64,000 nucleotides of DNA from Candidatus Aquilonibacter sp. (GTDB lineage Bacteria > Vulcanimicrobiota > Vulcanimicrobiia > Vulcanimicrobiales > Vulcanimicrobiaceae). Position numbers and translations under genes: made by a program. The notes under the pieces were generated by a model. The model saw only the letters and a program-made list of their open reading frames with translations. It was not told where the DNA came from and ran no database searches. Where the stretch lies: assembly GCA_035702815.1 (NCBI GenBank), contig DASSZO010000092.1:7004-71003 (forward strand). Direction: 5' to 3'. Shown here piece by piece: positions 9,139 to 18,448 of this stretch (position 1 is its first letter; every line of letters starts with the position of its first letter).

Positions 9139-9571
9139 ATTGCTCGGCTGCGGTTGCGAGCGCGGCGAGGTCCATGAGCGCGCGCGAAATCGTTTCCGGT
9201 TCCAGCGTCACCATGTATTCCACGCGCACGTGCGAGCTCTCGATGCTCTTGAGGCGCACCGCACAGAGGACCGGACCGCGGCGCGTCGGCGCGAACGACA
9301 GCTCGAACAGGCCTCCCGCAAACGAGAACGCTTCCTGCGGCCCGTTTCCTGAATTGATCGTTGCGAGATAGTCGCGCAAGTCCATGAACTCATCGACGCG
9401 CATGGACATGGCAAAGGGCGCTTCGACCGGCGGTGCGACCGCATGCACCGTGCAGCGCAACAGATCCATGCCGTGCGGCTCGACCGTTTCTGGATGCTCG
9501 AAGCCTTCGATCTCGATGCGGACGTGCGGCTTGCCCTCATTCTCACCGAGATAGAGCGTGCGGGACACCAT
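9137..9571 (-). CDS. Hypothetical protein, 144 aa
   Basis: Last ORF of the PASTA-rpe-thiL-kinase operon and ends in the terminator. No motif I recognise. Confidence 0.5.
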   Translation of the reverse strand: MVSRTLYLGENEGKPHVRIEIEGFEHPETVEPHGMDLLRCTVHAVAPPVEAPFAMSMRVDEFMDLRDYLATINSGNGPQEAFSFAGGLFELSFAPTRRGPVLCAVRLKSIESSHVRVEYMVTLEPETISRALMDLAALATAAEQ

Positions 9572-9580
9572 CTCCCAACG

Positions 9581-10534
9581 TTACCCGTAAATGATCTTGT
9601 GTTTCGGCGGCGCGAACTTCAGGCGCGCGGCGTCGTGCGCGGTGGCTTTGAGCTGCGCGCTGTCGACGCTCGAGCGATCGCAAAAGCGCATCGCCTTATC
9701 ATCGTCCATCTGATACCCGAGCGGGTTCCATTTTGAGAGCGCGCCGACCGGGTCGACCGTCGACCCGCCATACTGGGTCGTGTTGGCAACCGCGCGGGTG
9801 GCAAGCGCCGTTGCCAGCAGTGCCGCTGCAAACGGCGAGCCGCCCAGGCCAATGAACGTCGCCAGTGCCGACGCAAACACGTCGCCGACGCCGTGCGCGG
9901 GAAAGCGCGGAAAGTAAGGACTGGTGATGCGGTGATAGCTATAGCCGTTGGTGAAGAGCGACGTGGCGCGCTGCTTTTCGAGATCGCGGGTAAACGACGT
10001 GATCACGACGGCCTCCGGCCCGAGGTCGAACAGGCCGTTCAAAAACGCCATTTCGCTCAAGTTCGGATCGCCCGTACCGAGCAGCACCTCCGCCTCGAAG
10101 CGATTGGGCGTGATGATCTCGGCGTGCGGAATGAGCCAATCTTTGATCGCGCGCGCGGTTTCTTCGCTGACGTAGAGCCCTTTACGGTGGTCGCCGATGA
10201 CCGGATCGACGAGCACCACGCCCTTATAGTCGACCAGCGCGGACGCGACGACATCGACGTGCATCGGTTTGGGAAGGTACCCGATGTGGATGATGCCGGG
10301 GCGTTGCGCAATCAAGAACGAGACGTCGCGTCGAAACTGCGCGACGTCGGCGATAACGGTCGAGCGCCCCGGAACGCCGCCGTGAGCGTTGGAAAATTGC
10401 GTCTGCGCGTGGACGAGGCGCCCGCCGAGCGCATTGACGATCGCCGATGCCGCTTGATTTCCGATGAACCCCATCGCGACGCTGTTTTGAATGCTGCCGA
10501 TGAGAGGGTACGATTGCGCTTCGTCGTCGAGCAC
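9581..10534 (-). CDS. Pyridoxal/pyridoxamine kinase family protein (PdxK/PdxY-like ribokinase fold)
   Basis: IGSIQNSVAMGFIGNQAA...FSNAHGG is a PdxY-type N-terminus. Also ITPNRFEAEVLLG and AHGVGDVFASAL (anion hole / GxGD region). Confidence 0.75.
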   Translation of the reverse strand: MLDDEAQSYPLIGSIQNSVAMGFIGNQAASAIVNALGGRLVHAQTQFSNAHGGVPGRSTVIADVAQFRRDVSFLIAQRPGIIHIGYLPKPMHVDVVASALVDYKGVVLVDPVIGDHRKGLYVSEETARAIKDWLIPHAEIITPNRFEAEVLLGTGDPNLSEMAFLNGLFDLGPEAVVITSFTRDLEKQRATSLFTNGYSYHRITSPYFPRFPAHGVGDVFASALATFIGLGGSPFAAALLATALATRAVANTTQYGGSTVDPVGALSKWNPLGYQMDDDKAMRFCDRSSVDSAQLKATAHDAARLKFAPPKHKIIYG

Positions 10535-10546
10535 GTCGTTCGTCCT

Positions 10547-11524
10547 TTAGGAGAAGTGATCCCAGCCGCTGCGGGTTAACGGCTCTTCGCGCCCCTGCTT
10601 CACCACGACCACGCGCTCGTCCGCCTGCATGACCCCCACGCGAAAGAGCGGCCGCCCAAAACGGGCGGAAAACCGACGCGCCACATGCGCGAAGGCGCGC
10701 GCTTCCACGGCGACGAGAAGTTCGAAATCTTCACCGCCGGCCAGGGCGAAGGTCGCCGGTTCCTCACCGAGCTGTTGCGCTGCCTCTTCGGCAGGCGGGG
10801 CAACTGGAACGCTTTCGATTCGAATCCCGACGCCGCTAGCGCGGGCGAGCCGGCCGGCGTCGGTCGAGAGTCCGTCGGAGCAATCCATCATGGCGCGGAC
10901 GGAGCGGCTGGCAGCCAAGAACCGTCCCTCGCGAACGCGCGCATGCGGCCGCACGTGCGCGGCTACCGCCTGCGCCTGCAGGTCGTCCGCGAGCGAGACC
11001 TTCTTCTGCAGCGCGAGCAGCCCGGCGCGGCTCGCGCCGAGCATCCCGGTGACGGCGAATACGTCGCCCGGCCGCGCGCCCGAACGGCAGGTGAGATTCG
11101 AGGGCCGCACCTCGCCGACGACCGTAATCGCGACGCTCCAAACGGGGGATCGCGACAGATCGCCGCCTGCAATCTCAATGCCGGCGCGTCTGGCGCACGC
11201 ATCCATGCCGCGATACCACGCCAAGATCGCATCTTCGCTCGCGCCGTCCGGCACGCCGAATGCAATCGTGGCAAGGACGCCGCGCGCGCCCATGGCGGCG
11301 AGATCGCTCGCGTTGGCCGCCATCGCGCGCCAGCCGGCGTCTTCGTATGACATGTAAGCGAACGAGAAGTGCACGTTCTCGACGAGCATGTCGGTCGTAA
11401 TGACGCTGCGCGCGGAACGCGACGGCTGCCAAACCGCGGCGTCATCGCCGATCCCCACGAGAATTCTCGAATCGCTGCGCGCGGTCAATCGCGCGATCGC
11501 AGCGACGAGGTCGTCTTCGGTCAC
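10547..11524 (-). CDS. thiL: Thiamine-monophosphate kinase
   Basis: GIGDDAAVW and VITTDMLVENVHF are ThiL motifs. Start trimmed to GTG 11524, which forms a GTGA overlap with the rpe stop. Confidence 0.85.
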   Translation of the reverse strand: MTEDDLVAAIARLTARSDSRILVGIGDDAAVWQPSRSARSVITTDMLVENVHFSFAYMSYEDAGWRAMAANASDLAAMGARGVLATIAFGVPDGASEDAILAWYRGMDACARRAGIEIAGGDLSRSPVWSVAITVVGEVRPSNLTCRSGARPGDVFAVTGMLGASRAGLLALQKKVSLADDLQAQAVAAHVRPHARVREGRFLAASRSVRAMMDCSDGLSTDAGRLARASGVGIRIESVPVAPPAEEAAQQLGEEPATFALAGGEDFELLVAVEARAFAHVARRFSARFGRPLFRVGVMQADERVVVVKQGREEPLTRSGWDHFS

Positions 11525-12180
11525 TCGACCAGCGATCGCATCCGTCGAACCGTTTGCGCCGGGTCGGCGGTTCCGAAAATGCTCGATCCCATGACGATCG
11601 CACGCGCACCCGCATCGACCACGCTGCGAATGTTCTCGCTGCCGACGCCGCCGTCGACTTCGAGAATGCATTCCGGGTTACGCGCGTCGATAAGCGCGCG
11701 CGCCTCGCGTAACTTTTCAAGCGATCGCGGAATGAACGACTGGCCGCCAAAACCGGGATTGACGCTCATGATGAGCACGAGATCGCAGTCATCGATGATA
11801 TCTTGCAGCATGGATACGGGCGTCTGCGGACAGAGCGAGATGCCGGCCTTCGCGCCGAGCGAACGAATGTGCGCGAGCAGCCGCTGCGCGTGCGGTGTGG
11901 CCTCGTAATGAAAGGTCACGATATCGGCACCGGCCCGAACGAATTCCTCGACGTACCGCTCCGGCTCGACGATCATCAAATGACAATCAAAGACCTTTGT
12001 GCTGAGCTTGCGCAGATCGCCGATGATCTTCGGCCCCCACGTGATGTTCGGCACGAACCGCCCGTCCATCACATCGAGATGCAAGAACTCGGCGCCCGCT
12101 TCATCGACCGCGCGAATCTGATCGGCAATGCGCGCAAAGTCCGCCGAGAGCAGCGACGGCGCGATCGTGACCCGGCTCAC
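11521..12180 (-). CDS. rpe: Ribulose-phosphate 3-epimerase
   Basis: IAPSLLSADFARIADQI...LHLDVMDGRFVPNITWGP...DCHLM...VNPGFGGQSF. Confidence 0.95.
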   Translation of the reverse strand: MSRVTIAPSLLSADFARIADQIRAVDEAGAEFLHLDVMDGRFVPNITWGPKIIGDLRKLSTKVFDCHLMIVEPERYVEEFVRAGADIVTFHYEATPHAQRLLAHIRSLGAKAGISLCPQTPVSMLQDIIDDCDLVLIMSVNPGFGGQSFIPRSLEKLREARALIDARNPECILEVDGGVGSENIRSVVDAGARAIVMGSSIFGTADPAQTVRRMRSLVE

Positions 12181-13172
12181 GGGCGGCGATGCTCCTTGGT
12201 CTTACGTCCTTGATCGTAGATCCTCGCCGGCTCGTTGCCCAAACGCGTTTCGCCGACGAGCACGTCGTTGACGTACATGTCGACCACGGATGTCCCGACC
12301 GCCGTGACGATGAAGTCGATCTTCTGGCCCGGCTGAGCGTATCCGCGGAAGAAATCGTACGTCCCGGTCGCGTCGCGCACGCGCAACGTCAATTTGACCG
12401 AATCTCCGGGTTTGGCATTGTCCGGAATCGGAACCGACGCGAGCACCCGAACCTGACGGATGATGTATCCGGACTCATTAGGACCGGCGCTGATTTGAAG
12501 CGAGACCGGATCGTACGAGTTGATCTTCGTCCCGGGCGCCACCGACTGACGCGCGACGTCTCCATGCGCGGGTCCGCTTCGTCCAAGCGGTGTCCAAACC
12601 AGTTGGCCGAGCATGACGCCGTCCTTCTCCGCGAGCGCACGTGCTTGATCGATCTGCATGCCGACGAAATTCGGCACGCGGACCGTTTGGGCGCCGCCCT
12701 TGCTGACCACCAAATCGACCTTGTCGCCTTCGAGGACATTGGAGAGCGGCTGCGGTTGCTGCTCGATGACGTGCCCTTCCGGCACGACGTCGCTCTTGAC
12801 GAACGTGACTTTGCCCAATTGCAAACGGGTGCGCGACAGGTCTAGACCGACTTCGCGCATCGACTGGTAGCGTAGGTCGGGCATCAAGCGGGTGATGATT
12901 CCGTCACTGACGACGAAGCTGACAATCCGGCCTTGACGAACTTTCGTTCCCGCTTCCGGCCGCTGATTCATCACGACGCCTTTGGGATACCGGTCGCTCG
13001 TCGCATGATCGATGACTTTCGCGGACAGATGCATGTGCTGCGCAGCGCTGTCGGCGTCGCTCACCGTCTGTCCGACGAACGACGGGATCGTTACTTCATC
13101 GACGGGCGGAAGCAAAAAGTCGTGAATTTGATGACCGAACCAAACGACGACACCGACAAAGGCGGCGAGCAC
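12177..13172 (-). CDS. Membrane-anchored PASTA-repeat protein without a kinase domain
   Basis: Repeated PASTA-like units: IPSFVGQTVSDA..., VPNFVGMQIDQARALAEKDG.... Short hydrophobic N-terminus. GTGA overlap with rpe. See the finding on the start codon. Confidence 0.75.
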   Translation of the reverse strand: MLAAFVGVVVWFGHQIHDFLLPPVDEVTIPSFVGQTVSDADSAAQHMHLSAKVIDHATSDRYPKGVVMNQRPEAGTKVRQGRIVSFVVSDGIITRLMPDLRYQSMREVGLDLSRTRLQLGKVTFVKSDVVPEGHVIEQQPQPLSNVLEGDKVDLVVSKGGAQTVRVPNFVGMQIDQARALAEKDGVMLGQLVWTPLGRSGPAHGDVARQSVAPGTKINSYDPVSLQISAGPNESGYIIRQVRVLASVPIPDNAKPGDSVKLTLRVRDATGTYDFFRGYAQPGQKIDFIVTAVGTSVVDMYVNDVLVGETRLGNEPARIYDQGRKTKEHRRP

Positions 13173-13243
13173 GAGCGGGAAGACCCAATCGCGCGGGATA
13201 TATTCGTGCAGCCTTTCGCGCCAATCGCGGGAAACGGGCTCGT

Positions 13244-13984
13244 TCAGGCCAACGCCTCCAGTGCGGCGTCCGACAACTCGACGTTGCTAAAGACCCGCTG
13301 GACGTCTTCATTCGACTCGAGCGCTTCGAGAAAAGCCAACACTTCGTTGAGCGGCGCTCCTTCCGGGGATACCGTTTGCTTTGCTCGCACGCCGAGGAAG
13401 GCGCCCGTGATTTTTAATCCGGCCTGCGAAAGCAGCTCACGCGCATGGGCCAGTTGCGTGGGTTCGGTATAGATCTGCGCCTGCTCGTCACCGTAATCCA
13501 GATCGACCACGCCGTCGACGAGTGCCGCTTCGGTCAGGTCGTCTTCGGACTTGCCTTGCGGATGGACTTCGACGATGCCGACCGCGTCGAACATCCACGC
13601 GACCGACCCGGTTTCGCCGAGCGATCCGCCGTTTTTGGAAAACAAGAAGCGTAACTCGCCGGCCGTGCGGTTGCGATTATCCGTCGCGGCATCGACGACG
13701 ACGGCGACGCCGTGAGGACCGTAGCCCTCGTAGCGAATCTCCTCGATCTCTTTCTCGCCCGTTCCACCCGCGCCGCGCGCAATCGCCCGCTTGATGTTGT
13801 CCTGCGGCATGTTATGCTCGCGCGCCTTGTCGACGGCGATCTTCAACCGGTGGTTGGCATCGGGGTCGGGTGAGCCGCCCTTGGCGGCAAGGGTAATTTC
13901 GCGGCTCAGCTTGGTGAACAGCGCGCCGCGCTCTTGGTCGAGTTTGCCTTTACCTAGTTTGATGTTTTGCCACTTACGGCCCAT
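13244..13984 (-). CDS. yebC: YebC/PmpR family DNA-binding regulator
   Basis: MGRKWQNIKLGKGKLDQERGALFTKLSREITLAAKGGSPDPDAN. Confidence 0.95.
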   Translation of the reverse strand: MGRKWQNIKLGKGKLDQERGALFTKLSREITLAAKGGSPDPDANHRLKIAVDKAREHNMPQDNIKRAIARGAGGTGEKEIEEIRYEGYGPHGVAVVVDAATDNRNRTAGELRFLFSKNGGSLGETGSVAWMFDAVGIVEVHPQGKSEDDLTEAALVDGVVDLDYGDEQAQIYTEPTQLAHARELLSQAGLKITGAFLGVRAKQTVSPEGAPLNEVLAFLEALESNEDVQRVFSNVELSDAALEALA

Positions 13985-14051
13985 ACGTATTCCTCAGTAC
14001 GGTCAGCGATGTTCCGGTAGGAGCCAGGCCGTTCCTCGACGGCGCGAGCGT

Positions 14052-17000
14052 TTACCCCGGTCCGACCACCCATTTGTTGTTGATCATCCACATCCGCGCG
14101 TGCCAGGCGGCCCAGGTGATCTTTTGCGCCGAGAGGATCGGATAGAAGTAGACGAACCCGAACACGATGATCGCCGTGATCGCCCCGACCGCGCCGAATC
14201 CGATCCAGCGGTTGCTGTCGCTCTTGGTCTTTGCCCAATTCCAGATGCGCTGCAAGACGATCGCATTACACAGACAGATCAACGGGATGTCGACGTAAAA
14301 ATGGTAGGCAAAGGTTATTCGGGGTGACTTTGCCCAAGGCAACCATTGCAACAGGTAGGTAAGAACGATCAGCAGATAGCCTTTGTTCTTCTCCTTCCAG
14401 GCCAAGAACCCGACGAGCGGCACGCACATCAAGCCGAACCACAAGATGAACGGGTTCGGCATTGACGTGATCTCTTGAACGCAGCAGGCGTTGTCGTCGG
14501 ACTTATTCGCGCGGTTGTCCTGATAGAAGTATGCGATCGGGACGTAATCGAGCGGCCATTCCCAAAACTTGGATGAATACGGATGCGTCGCTTTGAGCGT
14601 GTCGTGATACTCGAACATCGAATATTGGCGAGCGACCACGTCGTTGAAATTGTGGATTTCGTTGGGATCGGGCGATTGCCGCACGAGATCGGGCACCCAC
14701 ACCAATCCATAGATCGTCATCGAGATGAAGACGATGGTCACGAGCGCGCCGTCGAGACGGAAGCCGCGCGGGTTACCCCATAGCGCGATCTTGCCCTTGC
14801 CGACCCGGAAGAAGCGCTGCAGCCAGACGAAGATCAGCGCGGTGAAGCTGACGCCGAAGCCCATGACGCCGTACCACTTGCTGCTCACGAGCAGACCGAG
14901 CGCGACGGTGAACGTTACCAGCCAGAACGTTGCCGAACGGCCCTTCTCGCGCGCGTCGTCGCAACGGATTTCGTTCGAAGCGTACGTTGCTTCGCCGTCC
15001 GGTGTGGCATAGGTCACGCTCGGCTCGGTACGATATGCGATCGCGACGTCGCCGTCACGATACTCCAACGTGTTCGCGCGCGCTTGCGAATGCGCGCCGC
15101 TGCGAACCTTTGGTTTGCCCGGGCCGACGCTTTCGATGCCGCCGCCGTCGGGAGCAAATACCGCGGTGAGCTGCGGATCGACCAGTGCGTACGAGCCGTC
15201 CGGGAACGTCTGCTCGATCGCTCCATCGGCGTACATCGTGGGGAACGCGACGTACCGGGCGAGCAGATAGACGCCAAGGGCGACGTATAGGGTAATGATG
15301 ATCGAGGATGCGGTATCGAGCTTCCCTGGATTGGGAATGTGCAGCCAAATGGCGTCCCAAATACCGACGACGATGACGCCGCAGATCAACGCGACGACGA
15401 CAGCGCCCGCAAAGGCGAGCGGCGGCACGACGACGTGCTTGCGTTCCTCGACTTGCGAGGCGATCCAGAACCGGTAAAACGCGTAGACCGCGGCGAGCGA
15501 AAAGAGGACGACGAACCCTTCGGGCGTCGCGATCCGCGACTGCACGAAGTGCATCCCGTCGAACATCAAAAACGCGGCGGCGAGCGTCGCGAACGCCGAC
15601 GAACGCGTGATCCGCTTGGCAAACGCGAAAAGCAGCATGACGACGAGCGCGCCGAACACGACGTCGAGAAAGCGCCAACCGTACGTGTTGTCACCGTGCG
15701 CGAGACCGCCCATGAGCATCGTCGACAGCGTGACAAGCAGTTTCGACAGCGGCGGATGGGTATTCTCGTAGATGCGAAGGTTGCGCAAGTACTCGTCGGC
15801 GGCGCGCGCAAAATAGATCTCATCGAAGACGCCGCAGCGCGTCACGCCCGCGATCGTCCAGCATTGATCGGTCTTGCTGGGATACCAATAGCCGACGTAC
15901 GAGATCACGAAGCTCGCGACGCCGAGCGCGCCCATGAGGACGTAGTCGAGCGGCGCTCGCAGCACCGAAAGCCCTTCTTTCGGATCGAAATACGGGCGGA
16001 TCTGACGCCACCACGACTGCAGCGAGGCGCCGTCCGCGCGGTGCTCGCCGGGCCGGTGCACGGCAACGGCCGCTTCATCGTCGACGCGCGCGATGTCGCC
16101 GAGATAGCTGTATCCGAGCGCGAAGAACGTTCCGACGGCCAGCAGCGAGTACAGCGACGTCCACACGCCCCAGAGATTGTGCGGATCGGCTCCCGGCATG
16201 CCGCCTTGCACGGCACTCAAGTACTGTAGCGAATAGATCAAATTCGCGAAGAGCACGACCGTTAATGCGATCGAGGCCCAGAGATACCGTCGCGCGATCG
16301 GCAAACAGGCGATGCAGAACAACAAGCCGTTGAAGCTGTAGCGCTCGTGCATGCGGGTGGCGAGCACGAAAAACGCAAGCAAACCGAGCGCGCAGGCTTC
16401 GAGAAACGATTCCGGCGTCGCATCTTGGAGATACCGCCAGACGATGAGCGCAAGCGCCGCGACGACGAGTCCGATGCCCCACGTCGATTGCGCGAACGCG
16501 AGCAGACCGAACCCGATGGGTTGGGAATCGGGTTGCCACATCGCTCCGCGGATCGCCCACAGATTGAAGGCGTTGACGCTGTTGAACTGATAGACGTGCG
16601 AACCGACGTTGTAGCGCGCGAGCAGCCAGACCATCGCGGCGATCGGATTTGACGCGTGGAACGGTTCGACCAGTGCGATGGCAAAGACGAACGCAAGCGC
16701 GATGCCCGCGATCGTAGCGGTAATGCGCGCACGCATGCGCACGCGATCCGTGAACGCAAACGCGATGAAGACCGGAATGACGGCGGCCGCCTGCGGCTTG
16801 ATCAGCAGCGAATACGCAAGTGCGACCCACGCCGCCGGAATGTACCACGAGAAGCGGTCCACGGGTCCGTCGTCGCTCTTGAGCAGCAGGTAGGCGCCCA
16901 GGAGCGCGAAGCCGCCGGCGATCGCGTCGACCTGCCCCCAATCGGCCGAGATGAAGATCGTGGCCGGATTAAAGACGTAGAAGGCGGCGGCGCCGAGCGC

Positions 17001-17390
17001 GAGCGCCGGGCTTGCGAAGCGGCGTACCACGGCGTAGAGCAGCGCGCCGATGCCGAGGTCGGCCAGAATCGCCGGCATCTTCACCAAAACGGCAAGCAGC
17101 GAGTACGACGGATCGTGCGCTTTGAACGGCGCCCAGATACCGCCGATGAACGCCAATATATAGAAGTAGCCCGGAGGATAATCGGCAAAGCTGGTCTTGG
17201 CGTAGAAATTGCCAAGACCGTTATCGTGCGCCGAGAGCGCCCATGCTTCGAACGTCGTGATGTCGGTTTGAAACCCCGACTGGTGCACGAAGAGCATGCG
17301 GATGATGAAGCCGAGCACGAGGATGCCGGGAAGTGCCCACGGATACATGCGCTCCCAGACGGACGGCTGGGCGTTCGTCATGACCTTCAC
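14052..17390 (-). CDS. 1112-aa polytopic glycosyltransferase made of two GT-C modules: an N-terminal DYPP-motif module and a C-terminal PMT/GT39-like protein O-mannosyltransferase module
   Basis: N-half: FADYPPGYFYILAF and RMHERYSF, within a highly hydrophobic region. C-half: DEIYFARAADEYL...ENTHPPLSKLL is the PMT loop-1 signature, and HPYSSKFWEWPL is a PMT_4TMC-like tail. A GGAGGA SD lies 9 nt before GTG 17390. Confidence 0.8.
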   Translation of the reverse strand: MKVMTNAQPSVWERMYPWALPGILVLGFIIRMLFVHQSGFQTDITTFEAWALSAHDNGLGNFYAKTSFADYPPGYFYILAFIGGIWAPFKAHDPSYSLLAVLVKMPAILADLGIGALLYAVVRRFASPALALGAAAFYVFNPATIFISADWGQVDAIAGGFALLGAYLLLKSDDGPVDRFSWYIPAAWVALAYSLLIKPQAAAVIPVFIAFAFTDRVRMRARITATIAGIALAFVFAIALVEPFHASNPIAAMVWLLARYNVGSHVYQFNSVNAFNLWAIRGAMWQPDSQPIGFGLLAFAQSTWGIGLVVAALALIVWRYLQDATPESFLEACALGLLAFFVLATRMHERYSFNGLLFCIACLPIARRYLWASIALTVVLFANLIYSLQYLSAVQGGMPGADPHNLWGVWTSLYSLLAVGTFFALGYSYLGDIARVDDEAAVAVHRPGEHRADGASLQSWWRQIRPYFDPKEGLSVLRAPLDYVLMGALGVASFVISYVGYWYPSKTDQCWTIAGVTRCGVFDEIYFARAADEYLRNLRIYENTHPPLSKLLVTLSTMLMGGLAHGDNTYGWRFLDVVFGALVVMLLFAFAKRITRSSAFATLAAAFLMFDGMHFVQSRIATPEGFVVLFSLAAVYAFYRFWIASQVEERKHVVVPPLAFAGAVVVALICGVIVVGIWDAIWLHIPNPGKLDTASSIIITLYVALGVYLLARYVAFPTMYADGAIEQTFPDGSYALVDPQLTAVFAPDGGGIESVGPGKPKVRSGAHSQARANTLEYRDGDVAIAYRTEPSVTYATPDGEATYASNEIRCDDAREKGRSATFWLVTFTVALGLLVSSKWYGVMGFGVSFTALIFVWLQRFFRVGKGKIALWGNPRGFRLDGALVTIVFISMTIYGLVWVPDLVRQSPDPNEIHNFNDVVARQYSMFEYHDTLKATHPYSSKFWEWPLDYVPIAYFYQDNRANKSDDNACCVQEITSMPNPFILWFGLMCVPLVGFLAWKEKNKGYLLIVLTYLLQWLPWAKSPRITFAYHFYVDIPLICLCNAIVLQRIWNWAKTKSDSNRWIGFGAVGAITAIIVFGFVYFYPILSAQKITWAAWHARMWMINNKWVVGPG

Positions 17391-17410
17391 GTAACGTCGA
17401 TCCTCCGGTA

Positions 17411-18448
17411 TTAGCCGACGCTTGCGGCTAGCGATCCGAGTAGATAGTCGCGGAGATCGTTCGGACAGAGGCGCTCCACGACCGCCACATGTTCTTCAAC
17501 CGCACGCACTGCGGCCTGTCGAGCGCCTAGCGTGTCGAGCGCATCCCTGACGTCGCTCACCGTTGCCGGGTCGAGCTCCCGCCGTGCGGCATAGGCACGT
17601 TCGACGACCGCACGTGCCGGAGACGGCGCTCCGCTCAACGCCCAGACGATGGGAAAGGTCCATTTTCTGCGCGCGAGATCGTTTTGGGCGACTTTGCCCG
17701 TCCGCTCCACGTCGGCCCATATCCCCAGCAGGTCATCCTGAATCTGAAACGCGAGGCCGAAGGCCCGTCCGATCTGAGCGTACCGCTCGGTTTGCTCCGC
17801 ATCGCACCCGGCGGCCTGAGCACCGAGCATGCACGAGGCTTCGAACAGGGCCGCCGTCTTGCATGCGATCATGTGCGTATAGCGTTCGAGATCGACGTGC
17901 GTTTCGGTTTCGAACTGCAGATCGAGCGACTGTCCTTCGCACATCACCCGGTGCGCCTCGTGAAGGATCTCGGTCATGCGGACAACCCGGCCGTGCGGGT
18001 GCCGCTCCGCGGCGCGTAAGAGCGTCAAAAACGTGATCGCGCAGAGCGCATCTCCGGCATTGATCGCCTGCGCGATGCCGTAGACGTTCCATAGCGTGCG
18101 CCGTCCGCGGCGAAGTTCGTCGCGATCCTCGATGTCGTCGTGAACGAGCGAATAGTTGTGCAGCAGCTCGACGGCCGCGGCGGCATCGAACGCGTCGTCC
18201 ACGCGTGCGCCCTCGTTCTGCGCGACCCGCATGACGAGTTGCGGGCGCAGGCGTTTTCCCGCGCGGGCCGGGCCGTGAGGACCGTAGCCGAAGTGATACA
18301 AAAGCATATCGGAGATCAGTGACGATCCCCGATATTCACGAACGCGCGTTTCGAGATGAGCTTCGAAGCGCTCAGGAGACGAGTTGACGGCTGAGTTCCT
18401 CCATGCGCGCGTGCACCTCGTCGACGAGCCATCCGGGCGTCGACGCAC
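17411..18448 (-). CDS. Polyprenyl (geranylgeranyl/farnesyl) diphosphate synthase
   Basis: FARM motif LLHNYSLVHDDIEDRDELRRGR and SARM motif FQIQDDLLG. The track start (TTG 18448) overlaps the ispH 3' end by 77 nt, so the true start is uncertain. Confidence 0.85.
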   Translation of the reverse strand: MRRRPDGSSTRCTRAWRNSAVNSSPERFEAHLETRVREYRGSSLISDMLLYHFGYGPHGPARAGKRLRPQLVMRVAQNEGARVDDAFDAAAAVELLHNYSLVHDDIEDRDELRRGRRTLWNVYGIAQAINAGDALCAITFLTLLRAAERHPHGRVVRMTEILHEAHRVMCEGQSLDLQFETETHVDLERYTHMIACKTAALFEASCMLGAQAAGCDAEQTERYAQIGRAFGLAFQIQDDLLGIWADVERTGKVAQNDLARRKWTFPIVWALSGAPSPARAVVERAYAARRELDPATVSDVRDALDTLGARQAAVRAVEEHVAVVERLCPNDLRDYLLGSLAASVG

